Below are positions 19,613 to 29,088 of a stretch of DNA of 64,000 bases, in pieces. The position numbers and the translations under genes are program-made. The DNA is from a bacterium. GTDB taxonomy: Bacteria > UBA8248 > JACPRG01 > G963555815. The notes beneath the pieces are model-generated. The model did no database searches. It was not told where the DNA came from and was given only the letters and a program-made list of their open reading frames with translations. Position 1 is the stretch's first letter; every line of letters begins with the position of its first letter. The stretch covers positions 832,001-896,000 of the forward strand of contig CAUVWX020000001.1 of assembly GCA_963555815.3 (NCBI GenBank), read 5' to 3'.

Positions 19613-19843
19613 ATGAAAGAGATAGTGGAGTACATCGCCCGTCAGCTGGTGGACGAGCCCGACCGGGTTGAGGTCAAACAGATTGAAGGCGAGAGGACGA
19701 CGGTCATCGAGCTGCGCGTCGCGCCGGAGGATCTCGGCAAGGTCATCGGCAGGGAGGGCCGAACAGCCAAGGCCATGCGGGCCATCCTGAACGCCGCCGC
19801 CACCCGGGAGCGAAAGCGGGCTGTCCTGGAGATCTTGGAATAG
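19613..19843 (+). CDS. khpA: KH-domain RNA-binding protein KhpA
   Basis: [23 protein letters not shown]; conserved position between rpsP and rimM. Confidence 0.93.
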   Translation: MKEIVEYIARQLVDEPDRVEVKQIEGERTTVIELRVAPEDLGKVIGREGRTAKAMRAILNAAATRERKRAVLEILE

Positions 19844-19847
19844 GGGC

Positions 19848-20495
19848 ATGGGGGGCGAGATGGTCGCCATCGGGTGCATTGTGCGCGCCCATGGAATCCA
19901 GGGCGAGCTCCTCTTCCTCCCCTGGCTGGAGGTGGAGGGGGCCCTTTTGCCCGGGCTGGAGTTGACCCTGGATGACACGGAAGGCCCGAGGAAAAAGGCT
20001 TTGTGCCTCCAAGCGGCCCGCCGCTTGCTTCCCCCGTCGGCGACTGGAGGTCTAGCTCCCTCCGTACCCCAGGGAGATGGGGCCGGGGCGAGGCCGAGAA
20101 CGACCCGTTCGGCGAAGCAGGTGAAACGCCAGGATACATGGATTCTCCGCATGGAGGGCTGCTCGGACCGCAATGCTGCCGAGGCCCTGGTAGGGGCCCT
20201 GGTTCGGATACCCAGGGATCGACTTCCCCCTCTTCCTTCGGACGAATTCTTGTGGGAAGACCTCCTGGGCCTTCAGGTCGTGGATGAGGCGGGGGAATTC
20301 CTCGGGATGATCGTTGAGATCTTCCCGACGGGGAGCAACGAGGTTCTGGTCATGGAGGAAAAGAGCGGTGAAGAGATCCTCCTTCCGGCCATTCGAGAGG
20401 TGATCCGGGAGGTGGATCTGGAGCGGGGGTTTCTTCGGGTTCGCATGATGGAAGGTCTCCGGGGACCGGTCGAGGGGAAGGGAGATGATCTTTGA
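19848..20495 (+). CDS. rimM: Ribosome maturation factor RimM with a 34-aa insertion
   Basis: IGCIVRAHGIQGEL, DRNAAEAL, PRC barrel (DLLGLQV, GSNEVL, LLPAI). Confidence 0.93.
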   Translation: MGGEMVAIGCIVRAHGIQGELLFLPWLEVEGALLPGLELTLDDTEGPRKKALCLQAARRLLPPSATGGLAPSVPQGDGAGARPRTTRSAKQVKRQDTWILRMEGCSDRNAAEALVGALVRIPRDRLPPLPSDEFLWEDLLGLQVVDEAGEFLGMIVEIFPTGSNEVLVMEEKSGEEILLPAIREVIREVDLERGFLRVRMMEGLRGPVEGKGDDL

Positions 20496-21234
20496 CGTTA
20501 TTACCATCTTCCCGGAGATGCTGGATTCCCCGCTGTCAGAGGGCCTTCTCAAGAAGGCTCAGGAGAGGGGCCTCCTTCAGGTCAGAGTCCATAATCTGAG
20601 AGACTATGCAGAGGAGCCCCACCGAAAGACGGATGACTATCCTTTTGGCGGTGGGGGTGGGATGATCATGAAATTGGACCCCATGGCGCGGGCCATTGAA
20701 GACCTTCGCGCCCTTCCCCCCCCTGCCCACACTCTCCTCCTCAGCCCCCAGGGACCCCCCTTCACCCAGGACCGGGCGCGAGGGCTCTCCCGGGAGGCGC
20801 GAGTGATCCTCGTATGCGGGCGATATGAAGGAGTGGACGAAAGGGTGAGGGAGCGTTTTGTGGATGAAGAGATCTCGATCGGAGATTATGTTCTCACTGG
20901 GGGGGAGCTGCCGTCCCTGGTGGTTATGGACGCAACCGCCCGGATGATCCCGGGGGTCTTAGGCTGCGCCCGCTCGGCGGAGGAGGACTCTTTCTCGGTC
21001 CCCCTTCTCGACTATCCCCAGTACACGCGCCCGGAGACCTTCCGGGGGTTGAGCGTCCCCTCGGTCCTGCTGTCCGGGGACCACGAGGCCATCCGTCAAT
21101 GGCGCCGACAGGAGACTCTTAGGCGCACCGCCGAACGGCGGCCCGACCTCCTCAGGAGGGCGGAACTGACCGAGGAGGACAAGACCTGGCTTGAGGAGCA
21201 GCGCCTGGGAGGCCCCTCAGCGGCAGAGGAATGA
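20485..21234 (+). CDS. trmD: tRNA (guanine-N1)-methyltransferase
   Basis: [39 protein letters not shown]. Confidence 0.98.
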   Translation: MIFDVITIFPEMLDSPLSEGLLKKAQERGLLQVRVHNLRDYAEEPHRKTDDYPFGGGGGMIMKLDPMARAIEDLRALPPPAHTLLLSPQGPPFTQDRARGLSREARVILVCGRYEGVDERVRERFVDEEISIGDYVLTGGELPSLVVMDATARMIPGVLGCARSAEEDSFSVPLLDYPQYTRPETFRGLSVPSVLLSGDHEAIRQWRRQETLRRTAERRPDLLRRAELTEEDKTWLEEQRLGGPSAAEE

Positions 21235-21237
21235 GAG

Positions 21238-21585
21238 ATGAAGGCCATCAAGCAGATTGAAAAGAAGGCGATGCGAATGGACCTCCCGGCCTTTCGTCCG
21301 GGGGACCTCCTTCGGGTTTATTCCCGGATCAGGGAGGGCGACAAGGAACGCCTTCAGGTCTTTGAGGGGGTTGTCATTGGACGAAAGGGAGGTGGTGTCC
21401 GGGAGACTTTTACGTTGCGCAAGATCTCCTATGGCGTCGGGGTGGAGCGCATCTTCCCCCTCCATTCGCCCATGATCGAGAAGATCGAGGTCGCCCGAAA
21501 GGGAAAGGTCCGCCGGGCCAAGCTTTACTACCTTCGAGGCCGGCGGGGAAAGGCAGCCAGAATCCGCGAACAGAAGGCAACCTGA
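21238..21585 (+). CDS. rplS: 50S ribosomal protein L19
   Basis: [30 protein letters not shown]. Confidence 0.98.
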   Translation: MKAIKQIEKKAMRMDLPAFRPGDLLRVYSRIREGDKERLQVFEGVVIGRKGGGVRETFTLRKISYGVGVERIFPLHSPMIEKIEVARKGKVRRAKLYYLRGRRGKAARIREQKAT

Positions 21586-21589
21586 GCCA

Positions 21590-22207
21590 GTGCCCCTAGG
21601 CTGGAAGTGGGAGCAGCAGCTTTGGGAAAGGGGATACCGGCGGGTGGCCGGGGTGGATGAAGCAGGCCGAGGCCCCCTCGCCGGGCCCGTCGTGGCGGCG
21701 GCCGTCGTCCTCCCCTTTCCCTGCCATCTGCCGGGCCTGAATGATTCAAAGCTCCTGACGGCCAATGAAAGAGAGTGCCTCTACGACCTCATCCTAGAGA
21801 CGGCCCTCGACTGGTCCATCGGCAAAGAGACGGCGCGGGCCATAGACCGTCACAACATCCTCCAGGCGAGCCTCAGGGCTATGGGAAAGGCCGTGAAGGG
21901 CCTTGCCCATCCTTCAGACTCCCTTCTTGTGGATGGTCTCCAAAGGATCCCTCTCCCCCTCCCTCAGGAAACCCTCGTTCGAGGAGACCGCCTGAGCGTC
22001 TCGGTGGCGGCCGCCTCTATTCTCGCCAAGGTCACGCGGGACCGCCTCATGAGCCGTTACGACCACCGCTTTCCAGGCTACGGGTTCGCCTCGCACAAGG
22101 GCTATCCCACTCAGGCCCACCTCTTTGCCCTTTCGCGTCTTGGCCCCTCTCCCATCCACCGCCTGAGCTTTCGCCCCCTCCGGGACCGTTTGCCGTCCTC
22201 TAAATGA
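21590..22207 (+). CDS. rnhB: Ribonuclease HII
   Basis: [32 protein letters not shown]. Confidence 0.97.
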   Translation: MPLGWKWEQQLWERGYRRVAGVDEAGRGPLAGPVVAAAVVLPFPCHLPGLNDSKLLTANERECLYDLILETALDWSIGKETARAIDRHNILQASLRAMGKAVKGLAHPSDSLLVDGLQRIPLPLPQETLVRGDRLSVSVAAASILAKVTRDRLMSRYDHRFPGYGFASHKGYPTQAHLFALSRLGPSPIHRLSFRPLRDRLPSSK

Positions 22208-22596
22208 GTGGGTGGCTAAGGAGGGAGAAGGGGGACCCGCGCCGGGCCCTTGGCCGGCGGGGAGAAATTCTCGCCGCGCGCCATCTAAAAAGTCTTGGCT
22301 ATTCCATCCTGGAGCGAAATTTCAGGACTTCCCTCGGTGAGATCGACCTGATCGCCTGCGAGGGGGACCTTCTCATCTTCGTGGAGGTGAAGACCAAAAA
22401 GACGGGTTCGTTCACACCGCCCGAGCTCTCCGTGGACCGTAGAAAACAGAAAAAACTCGCCACTCTTGCTCAGGAATACCTCGCTCGAGAGGGTGAAAAG
22501 AGTTGGAGCTGCCGGTTTGACGTCGTCGCAGTGACGCTCCCCACTGGCGGGAAGCCCCAGATTTTTCACATCCCGGACGCCTTTAGGCCAGAGTAG
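22204..22596 (+). CDS. yraN: YraN family (UPF0102) protein
   Basis: GRRGE, RNFR..GEIDLI, FVEVK, RFDVV. Confidence 0.93.
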   Translation: MSGWLRREKGDPRRALGRRGEILAARHLKSLGYSILERNFRTSLGEIDLIACEGDLLIFVEVKTKKTGSFTPPELSVDRRKQKKLATLAQEYLAREGEKSWSCRFDVVAVTLPTGGKPQIFHIPDAFRPE

Positions 22597-22629
22597 GGAG
22601 GGCCTTACATTTCATGGGTCCAGGATGGA

Positions 22630-23424
22630 TCACCCCTTTTGCGTGTCTGTTTCCTTGGACGATAAATTTCGCTCGTGAATAATCCGAAGGCCTTTCAGCG
22701 TGAGCAGGGGATCCACGTGGTCGATGAGGTCCATCTCCTTGGCGATGAGCTTGGCGGCGCCCCCTGTTGCGATGACCTGAGCAGACTGGCCGAGCTCCTG
22801 CCGCATCCGGGCAACGATCTCCTTCACCATGCCCACATAGCCGTAAAGGACCCCCGACTGCATGCTGGCAATGGTGTTCTTCCCGATGGCCTTTCCAGGC
22901 CAGTCTAGCTCGACCCGGGGCAGCTTGGCCGCGTGCTGAAAGAGGGCCTCCATGGAGATCTCGATCCCCGGCGCGATAGCGCCCCCCAGGTACTCTCCAC
23001 GGGCCGACACAGCGTCAAAGGTGGTCGCGGTCCCGAAGTCCACGAGGATGAGAGGACCGCCGTATTCAGTGTAGCCCGCCACGGCGTTGACGATGCGGTC
23101 GGCCCCCACCTCGCGGGGGTTGTCGGAGAGGATGGAGATCCCCGTCTTGGTCCCCGGGCCCACCATCAGTGGGGTGCATCCAAAGTAGCGGCTGGCCATC
23201 TCCTCCAAGGCTGAAAGGAGGGGGGGGACCACACAGGAGATGGCCATCTCCCTGACCTCCTTAGGGTTCAGGCCTTGGTGCTGGAAGAGCTCCATGAGGA
23301 ACGTCCCTAACTCGTCGGCCGTCCGTTCGGGACGGGTGGCCGCGGTCCAATGGACCAGCAGCTCCTCCCCCCGGTAGACTCCCAGCGCGACATTGCTATT
23401 TCCAACATCCATCACCAGAAGCAC
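22630..23424 (-). CDS. coaX: Type III pantothenate kinase
   Basis: DVGNS, VGADR, VDFGTATT, GGAIAPG, ATGG; GGAGG + GTG start at 23424. Confidence 0.96.
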   Translation of the reverse strand: MLLVMDVGNSNVALGVYRGEELLVHWTAATRPERTADELGTFLMELFQHQGLNPKEVREMAISCVVPPLLSALEEMASRYFGCTPLMVGPGTKTGISILSDNPREVGADRIVNAVAGYTEYGGPLILVDFGTATTFDAVSARGEYLGGAIAPGIEISMEALFQHAAKLPRVELDWPGKAIGKNTIASMQSGVLYGYVGMVKEIVARMRQELGQSAQVIATGGAAKLIAKEMDLIDHVDPLLTLKGLRIIHERNLSSKETDTQKG

Positions 23425-23437
23425 TAAGATACCTCCA

Positions 23438-24238
23438 TCACAAGGAAGACGGCGAGGCTTCAAGCTCCACGATCTCGCCCGTCCGCAGGGAAAGGCGACC
23501 CGCTGCGGTCTCAATCAGAAGGGCCCCATCCTCCGCCAGGTCCAGGGCGGTCCCCTCCACTTGACGTCCCCTGTCGGTGGCTCTAACCCGACGTCCCAGG
23601 GTGGAGGACTTTTGGCGCCAGGCCTCCCGGATGGGGGCGAAGGACTCGCGCCTCCAGCGGCGACAAAAAATCTCGAACTCGTCCAGGAGCCGGGCGGCCA
23701 GAGGCGCCCGCTCCACCGTCTTGCCGGTCGTCCCGAAGATGGAACCGGCCTCAGAACGTAGCTCCGGTGGAAAATCCTCGTGCTTTCCCGTCACGTTCAG
23801 GCCGACTCCCACTACGGCATAGTCCAGCTGCCCCCCCCGGGCCCGTGACTCCGTCAGGATGCCGCCCACCTTTTTGCCCTCGATCCGTATGTCGTTGGGC
23901 CACTTGAGTCGCGGGGCGACTCCGCAGAGGGCCTCTACGGCAGTCGCTACCGAGACCCCGGCAAGAAGGGTGAGTTGGGACATATCGGAAGAGAGAGTGG
24001 GGCGAACGACGATGGAGCCATAGAGGCCCCGCCCTGGGGGTGAAAACCAGACTCGCCCCAGGCGTCCCCGCCCTTGGGTCTGGGTGTCGGCGAAGACCGC
24101 CGTTCCTTCGGGGGCCCCTCCTTCGGCCAGGTCCAAGGCCCGGTCATTGGTGGACGCAAAGGAGGAGACGAAATGGAGAGGGACTTGTCGGAAGTCAGGG
24201 TGACGATGGCGTCTCACTTCTTCCACAAAACCCATCAC
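23438..24238 (-). CDS. birA: Biotin-[acetyl-CoA-carboxylase] ligase lacking the N-terminal HTH
   Basis: STND, QTQGRGRLGRVW, KWPND, KVGGIL. Confidence 0.95.
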   Translation of the reverse strand: MMGFVEEVRRHRHPDFRQVPLHFVSSFASTNDRALDLAEGGAPEGTAVFADTQTQGRGRLGRVWFSPPGRGLYGSIVVRPTLSSDMSQLTLLAGVSVATAVEALCGVAPRLKWPNDIRIEGKKVGGILTESRARGGQLDYAVVGVGLNVTGKHEDFPPELRSEAGSIFGTTGKTVERAPLAARLLDEFEIFCRRWRRESFAPIREAWRQKSSTLGRRVRATDRGRQVEGTALDLAEDGALLIETAAGRLSLRTGEIVELEASPSSL

Positions 24239-24247
24239 TTTGCCCCC

Positions 24248-27088
24248 TTAGGACTCTTTCTCCCATTCAGTAACGCGCGCCAGGTTGCCTTCCAGGCGAG
24301 CCATCAGCTCCACCAGGGTATCTCGCCGGGCCCGTGTTTCCTGGACCACCTCTGCTGGGGCGCGCTCTTCAAACTGGGGGGAATCGAGCCGGCGCTGGAC
24401 CGCCTCGAGATCCTTCCGGGCCGCGGCAAGCTTCTTCGAGATGCGCTCTCGCTCTGCGCCGAAATCCAGAAGACCTTTTAGGTCGACGATGAAATCCCCC
24501 CACGACGTTGTGTCAGTCGCCGAAACAGGGGGATGCGCTTGCCCGGGCTCTAGGTAGGAGAAAGCTTCTGCGTTCGTGGCTGCAACAAAAAATTCCTTTT
24601 CTTTTTCTAAGACCTCCCGGCCAAGCTCCCCGAGCTCTCCCCGAAGCTGAGCAGAGAGGCGAAACTTTTTTCGAGGATGAATGTCCATCTCGCCAAAAAT
24701 GTTTCGGACCCCGGTGATGGCCTCGATGAGAAGGCCCATCGGGCGCTCGGCCTCTTCATCAATAAATCTCTCGTCCACCTCAGGATAAGGCGCCAGAGCG
24801 AGGAGGGAAGGCCCTCCAGGTGGCTTTGGGAGCCGCTGCCAGAGCTCCTCCGTCATAAAAGGCATGAAGGGGTGAAGAAGGCGAAGAGAGGTCTCCAAAA
24901 CCTCCGCCAGAAGGGCCCGCACATGTTCCCCTTCCTTCTTATCGGCCAGGCGATGTTTTGTCTCCTCCAGATACCAGTCACAGAACTGATGCCACATGAA
25001 CTGGTAAAGGACGCTCGAGGCCTCGTTGAACCGATAGGATTCCAGGGCCTCACGGACCGTCCGGGTGGTTCGGTGAAGACAGCTTAAAATCCAGTGGTCG
25101 GCCGGTCTCACAGGGGAGTCGCTGTCCCCCTTCTTTGCTTTTCGGACAGCGAGAAGCGCCGCCTCCCGGTCGGGAGGGTTCTCCCCCAAATGGCTTAGGC
25201 AAAAGCGCGCCGCGTTCCAGATCTTATTGCAAAAGTGCCGGTAGCCCTCGATGCGCTCCCCGGAGATCCGGATGTCCCGGCCCTGGGCAGCTATGGAGGA
25301 AAGCGTAAAGCGGAAGGCGTCGGCCCCTTGTTTATCGATGATCTCGACCGGGTCGATGACGTTCCCCCGGCTTTTGCTCATCTTCTGACCTTCCGGGTCC
25401 CGCACCAGGGCGTGGATATAGACCTCGCGGAAAGGGACCTCGCCCATGAATTTGAGGCCCATCATCATCATCCGGGCGACCCAAAAGAAGAGGATGTCGA
25501 AGGCGGTGACGAGGACGCTCGTGGGATAGAAGGTTTTTAGGGCGGAGGTGTCCTCGGGCCAGCCCAAGGTCGAGAAGGGCCAAAGGGATGAGCTGAACCA
25601 GGTGTCCAGGACATCGGGGTCACGGACGAGATTTTTGGCCTCACATTTTGGACACTCGGTCGGGTCCTCGAGGGAGACGATGGCCTTGGCGTCCTGGAAA
25701 AAGATGTATTGCCCGTCGGCTGTCTCGGTTACCGCTTTCCTTTGCGCATCAACTGCTTTTCCCTTCCGGCTCCATTTGCCTTTGTTGCAGTCAAGACAGT
25801 ACCAGGCCGGGATCTGGTGTCCCCACCAGATCTGACGCGAGATGCACCAGTCCTTGATGTTCCGCATCCACTCGAAATAGGTCTTGGTCCAGGTTTCGGG
25901 GACAATTTTGGTGCGCCCCTCCTCAACAGCTCGAATAGCGGGTTCTGCCAGCTGCTTTGTCGCGACAAACCATTGAGGAGTGAGAAAGGGTTCAACCGCC
26001 GTCTGACAGCGGTAGCAGTGTCCGACCGAATGGCGGTGGGGTTCTTCTCCGGCAGAGAGGCGAAGCTCTTCAAGATCCTTCAAGATGAGCTTTCGCACCT
26101 TATAGTGGTCTTCTCCCAGGTACTTCTCTGCCCTTTCGCTCTCTAAAGGTTTTCCCTCGTTGTCCACGAGGAATTCCGGAGAAAGCTGACCCTTCGATGT
26201 GAATATCTTGATTATCGGGAGCTCGTGGCGGACTCCGATCTCATGGTCATTGAAGTCGTGGCCGGGCGTGATCTTAAGGGCGCCCGTCCCGAACTCCATC
26301 GAGACAAAAGGGTCGGCGATGACCGGGATCTTGCGGTTGACGACGGGGACAAGGACTTTCCGCCCGATGGCACCCTGATATCTCTCGTCCTCCGGATGGA
26401 CGGCGACGGCCGTATCGCCGAGGATGGTCTCGGGGCGCGTCGTGGCGACGATGAGGGCCTCGTCAGGCTTGTCCTCAAAGACATAGCGGACGTGCCAGAG
26501 CCTTCCGTCCACCTCTTCGTGCTGGACTTCGATGTCCGATAACGCTGTATCGCACCGCGGGCACCAGTTGACGAGCCGCTCGCCCCGGTAGATGAGATGG
26601 TCCTCATAGAGGCGAACAAAGGCTTGCCGCACCGCCTTCGAGAGACCTTCGTCGAAGGTGAAGCGGGTCCGGTCCCAGTCACAGGAAGCGCCGAGTTTTT
26701 TGAGCTGGCCGAGGATCCGCTTCTCGTATCGCTTACTCCATTCCTTTGCCTCTTCGACGAATTTCTCCCGTCCGAGCTCTTCGCGGTTTTTGCCCTTCTC
26801 GGCGAGGACCCGCTCGACCACATTTTGCGTCGCGATCCCGGCGTGATCGGTCCCCGGCATCCAGAGGGTGTTCGAGCCCTCCATTCGCTTCCATCGAACC
26901 AGGATGTCCTGAAGGGTGCTGTTGAGGGCATGTCCCATGTGGAGAGAGCCCGTGACGTTGGGCGGGGGAATGACGATACAGAAGGGCGGACGCGAGGAGG
27001 TGTCCTCGGCACGAAAGGCTTCAGCCTCAAGCCAGGCTTGGTACCAGCGCCCCTCAACGGATTGGGGGGTGTATCCAGTCTCGATCAT
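24248..27088 (-). CDS. valS: Valine-tRNA ligase
   Basis: PPPNVTGSLHMGH, DHAGIATQ, DWCISRQ, KMSKS, C-terminal coiled coil. Confidence 0.98.
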   Translation of the reverse strand: MIETGYTPQSVEGRWYQAWLEAEAFRAEDTSSRPPFCIVIPPPNVTGSLHMGHALNSTLQDILVRWKRMEGSNTLWMPGTDHAGIATQNVVERVLAEKGKNREELGREKFVEEAKEWSKRYEKRILGQLKKLGASCDWDRTRFTFDEGLSKAVRQAFVRLYEDHLIYRGERLVNWCPRCDTALSDIEVQHEEVDGRLWHVRYVFEDKPDEALIVATTRPETILGDTAVAVHPEDERYQGAIGRKVLVPVVNRKIPVIADPFVSMEFGTGALKITPGHDFNDHEIGVRHELPIIKIFTSKGQLSPEFLVDNEGKPLESERAEKYLGEDHYKVRKLILKDLEELRLSAGEEPHRHSVGHCYRCQTAVEPFLTPQWFVATKQLAEPAIRAVEEGRTKIVPETWTKTYFEWMRNIKDWCISRQIWWGHQIPAWYCLDCNKGKWSRKGKAVDAQRKAVTETADGQYIFFQDAKAIVSLEDPTECPKCEAKNLVRDPDVLDTWFSSSLWPFSTLGWPEDTSALKTFYPTSVLVTAFDILFFWVARMMMMGLKFMGEVPFREVYIHALVRDPEGQKMSKSRGNVIDPVEIIDKQGADAFRFTLSSIAAQGRDIRISGERIEGYRHFCNKIWNAARFCLSHLGENPPDREAALLAVRKAKKGDSDSPVRPADHWILSCLHRTTRTVREALESYRFNEASSVLYQFMWHQFCDWYLEETKHRLADKKEGEHVRALLAEVLETSLRLLHPFMPFMTEELWQRLPKPPGGPSLLALAPYPEVDERFIDEEAERPMGLLIEAITGVRNIFGEMDIHPRKKFRLSAQLRGELGELGREVLEKEKEFFVAATNAEAFSYLEPGQAHPPVSATDTTSWGDFIVDLKGLLDFGAERERISKKLAAARKDLEAVQRRLDSPQFEERAPAEVVQETRARRDTLVELMARLEGNLARVTEWEKES

Positions 27089-27187
27089 CCTGCCTGGCCC
27101 TCGCTTTTCAGGCGCAGCATCTGCTGTTCAATGAGGATCTCGGCTAGCTCGGGGCCGACCGGGCGGGACTCCTCCTAGAGGGTTTGG

Positions 27188-27919
27188 CTAACCCCCGCCT
27201 GAAGGAGCTTGCTCGACATCGCGTTGGCCAACCTTCTCCGCAGCGGAGACCGAGAGAGATGACGGCTCCCCCGCGGTCAGTTGCGCCTTGTAGTGGGGCG
27301 TCACCATCCCCCCGGAGACCACGAGCTTGATCCCGTCCTCGATGCTCATGGTGAGGGGCATCACATCCTTCCGGGGGACAAAAATGAGCATCCCAGAGGT
27401 GGGGTTGGGCGTTGTCGGGATGTAGATCTTCACCACATCCTGCTGAACCGTATGCTCCACCTCCCCCCGGGTTTCCGATGTCACAAAGCCCAGGACGTAC
27501 ATCTCCCGACGGGGGTACTCCACCAGGACCACGCGCTCGAATTTCTCACCCTTTCCCCGGGTGATGGCCTCCAGGAGCTGCTTGGCCCCCCCGTAGATGG
27601 TCCGTACTATAGGAAGTCTGCAGAGCACCTTTTCTCCGAGGGCGATGAGCTGCCTTCCCATCAGGTTGGTCGCCACAAGACCCACCAGGAAGAGGGCCAC
27701 AGCTGTGGCGAGGACACCAAGTCCGATGACCAGAACGCGCGGGATGTCGACGCCGGGATAGCCGAAATATTCAAAACCCCGGGTGACTGCGGGTGAGAAG
27801 ATCCCGTTCAGCACGTTGGTGAGAAACCGAAGGAGAAGAAAGGTGACCCAGATGGGCACGATCACCACAATGCCGGCAATCAAGAGATTCCGAATGCGAT
27901 TACTAAACGCCCTCAGCAC
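27188..27919 (-). CDS. DUF502 family membrane protein
   Basis: Two TM helices, LPIVRTIY, VEYPR, PTTPNPTSG, VVSGG. Confidence 0.92.
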   Translation of the reverse strand: MLRAFSNRIRNLLIAGIVVIVPIWVTFLLLRFLTNVLNGIFSPAVTRGFEYFGYPGVDIPRVLVIGLGVLATAVALFLVGLVATNLMGRQLIALGEKVLCRLPIVRTIYGGAKQLLEAITRGKGEKFERVVLVEYPRREMYVLGFVTSETRGEVEHTVQQDVVKIYIPTTPNPTSGMLIFVPRKDVMPLTMSIEDGIKLVVSGGMVTPHYKAQLTAGEPSSLSVSAAEKVGQRDVEQAPSGGG

Positions 27920-28058
27920 AGCCCTATCCTCCCATAGGGAATCCTTTTCTGAATATATCCTGGCGAGATCAATCCACCAACCCTTTTTTGTCGGCCCTTC
28001 AGGAGAAGTCCCTCCTGATATGCCCTTTCAGGGGACGGGCCGAGCGCGAAAAAAGGCC

Positions 28059-29063
28059 CTATCTGGATTGTCGGTAACGCCGAACGGCTTTCACGTGCTC
28101 TTCGAGGGTTTTTGAGAACTCATGGCCCCCGTCCCCTCGCGCGACGAAATAGAGGTAGTCCACGGGGGCGGGGTTGACGGCGGCCTTGAGGGAGGCGAGC
28201 CCAGGGCTCGCAATGGGACCCGGGGGGAGACCGTGGTGACGATAGGTGTTGTAGGGGGAGTTGACCCGAAGGTCCTCCTTCGTGAGTGGCCCAGCCGTCC
28301 TGCCCAGAGCGTACAGGACCGTCGGGTCACCCTGGAGGCGGACTCCCTGCTGGAGGCGATTGTGATAAACCGCAGAGATGAGCGGACGCTCTTCGTCCAG
28401 GTAGGTCTCCCGCTCGATGATCGAGGCCAGGGTCAGCGCCTCGTGAGGGCTCAGCCCCAAGGTCCTCCCCTGGGCCTGCATCTCTTCCGTGAACCGCGCC
28501 CTAAACGTCTCCACCATCTCGCGGATCAGAGTCCGGGCCGATATCCCTTTCGCAAAGGAATACGTTTCAGGGAAGAGGTAGCCCTCAAGACTTTGGGCCT
28601 TAAGATCTAGCTCGGCGAGTAAATCCGTATCCTGCGAGAGGGCCGTGATCTCCTGGTAACTCGCCAGGCCCGCTTGTTCCGCCGCCCGGGCGACCTCGGC
28701 CAGCGTGAACCCTTCGGGGACGGTGAATGAATGGAGGACCACATCGCCGCGACGAAGTATTCCCAGGATCTGGGACGGCGATAAGGAGGCACTCAGCCGA
28801 TACTCGCCCGCCTGAAGACTTCGGGAGGCCCCTCGAAAGAGGGCCATGAGGCTGAAAATCTCCCACCGCCAGATGATCCTCTCCTCCTGAAGGAACTGGG
28901 AGATCTCCAGAAGCCCGGCCCCCTTTCTGACCTCGACAATCCGCTCAGAGACCCCTCTTTGAAAGGGAAGAAGGGTCGCCAGGAGGATCCCCCCCAGGGC
29001 CACGGCCACGAGGAGGACCACGCCTAGGAAGACCCATCCCTTCCGCCTGGCAGGACGTCTCAA
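28059..29063 (-). CDS. mltG: Endolytic transglycosylase MltG
   Basis: VPEG, LEGYLFPETY, LASIIERE, SPYNTY..GLPPGPI, YLYFV. Confidence 0.96.
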   Translation of the reverse strand: MRRPARRKGWVFLGVVLLVAVALGGILLATLLPFQRGVSERIVEVRKGAGLLEISQFLQEERIIWRWEIFSLMALFRGASRSLQAGEYRLSASLSPSQILGILRRGDVVLHSFTVPEGFTLAEVARAAEQAGLASYQEITALSQDTDLLAELDLKAQSLEGYLFPETYSFAKGISARTLIREMVETFRARFTEEMQAQGRTLGLSPHEALTLASIIERETYLDEERPLISAVYHNRLQQGVRLQGDPTVLYALGRTAGPLTKEDLRVNSPYNTYRHHGLPPGPIASPGLASLKAAVNPAPVDYLYFVARGDGGHEFSKTLEEHVKAVRRYRQSR

Positions 29064-29088
29064 AAAATTCCCCTTCCTGTTCTCCGCC

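Noticed and set aside
25680..26190. Short insertions in ValS as palindromic elements like the rimM one
   Set aside because: No terminal complementarity seen; ValS commonly varies in these loops.
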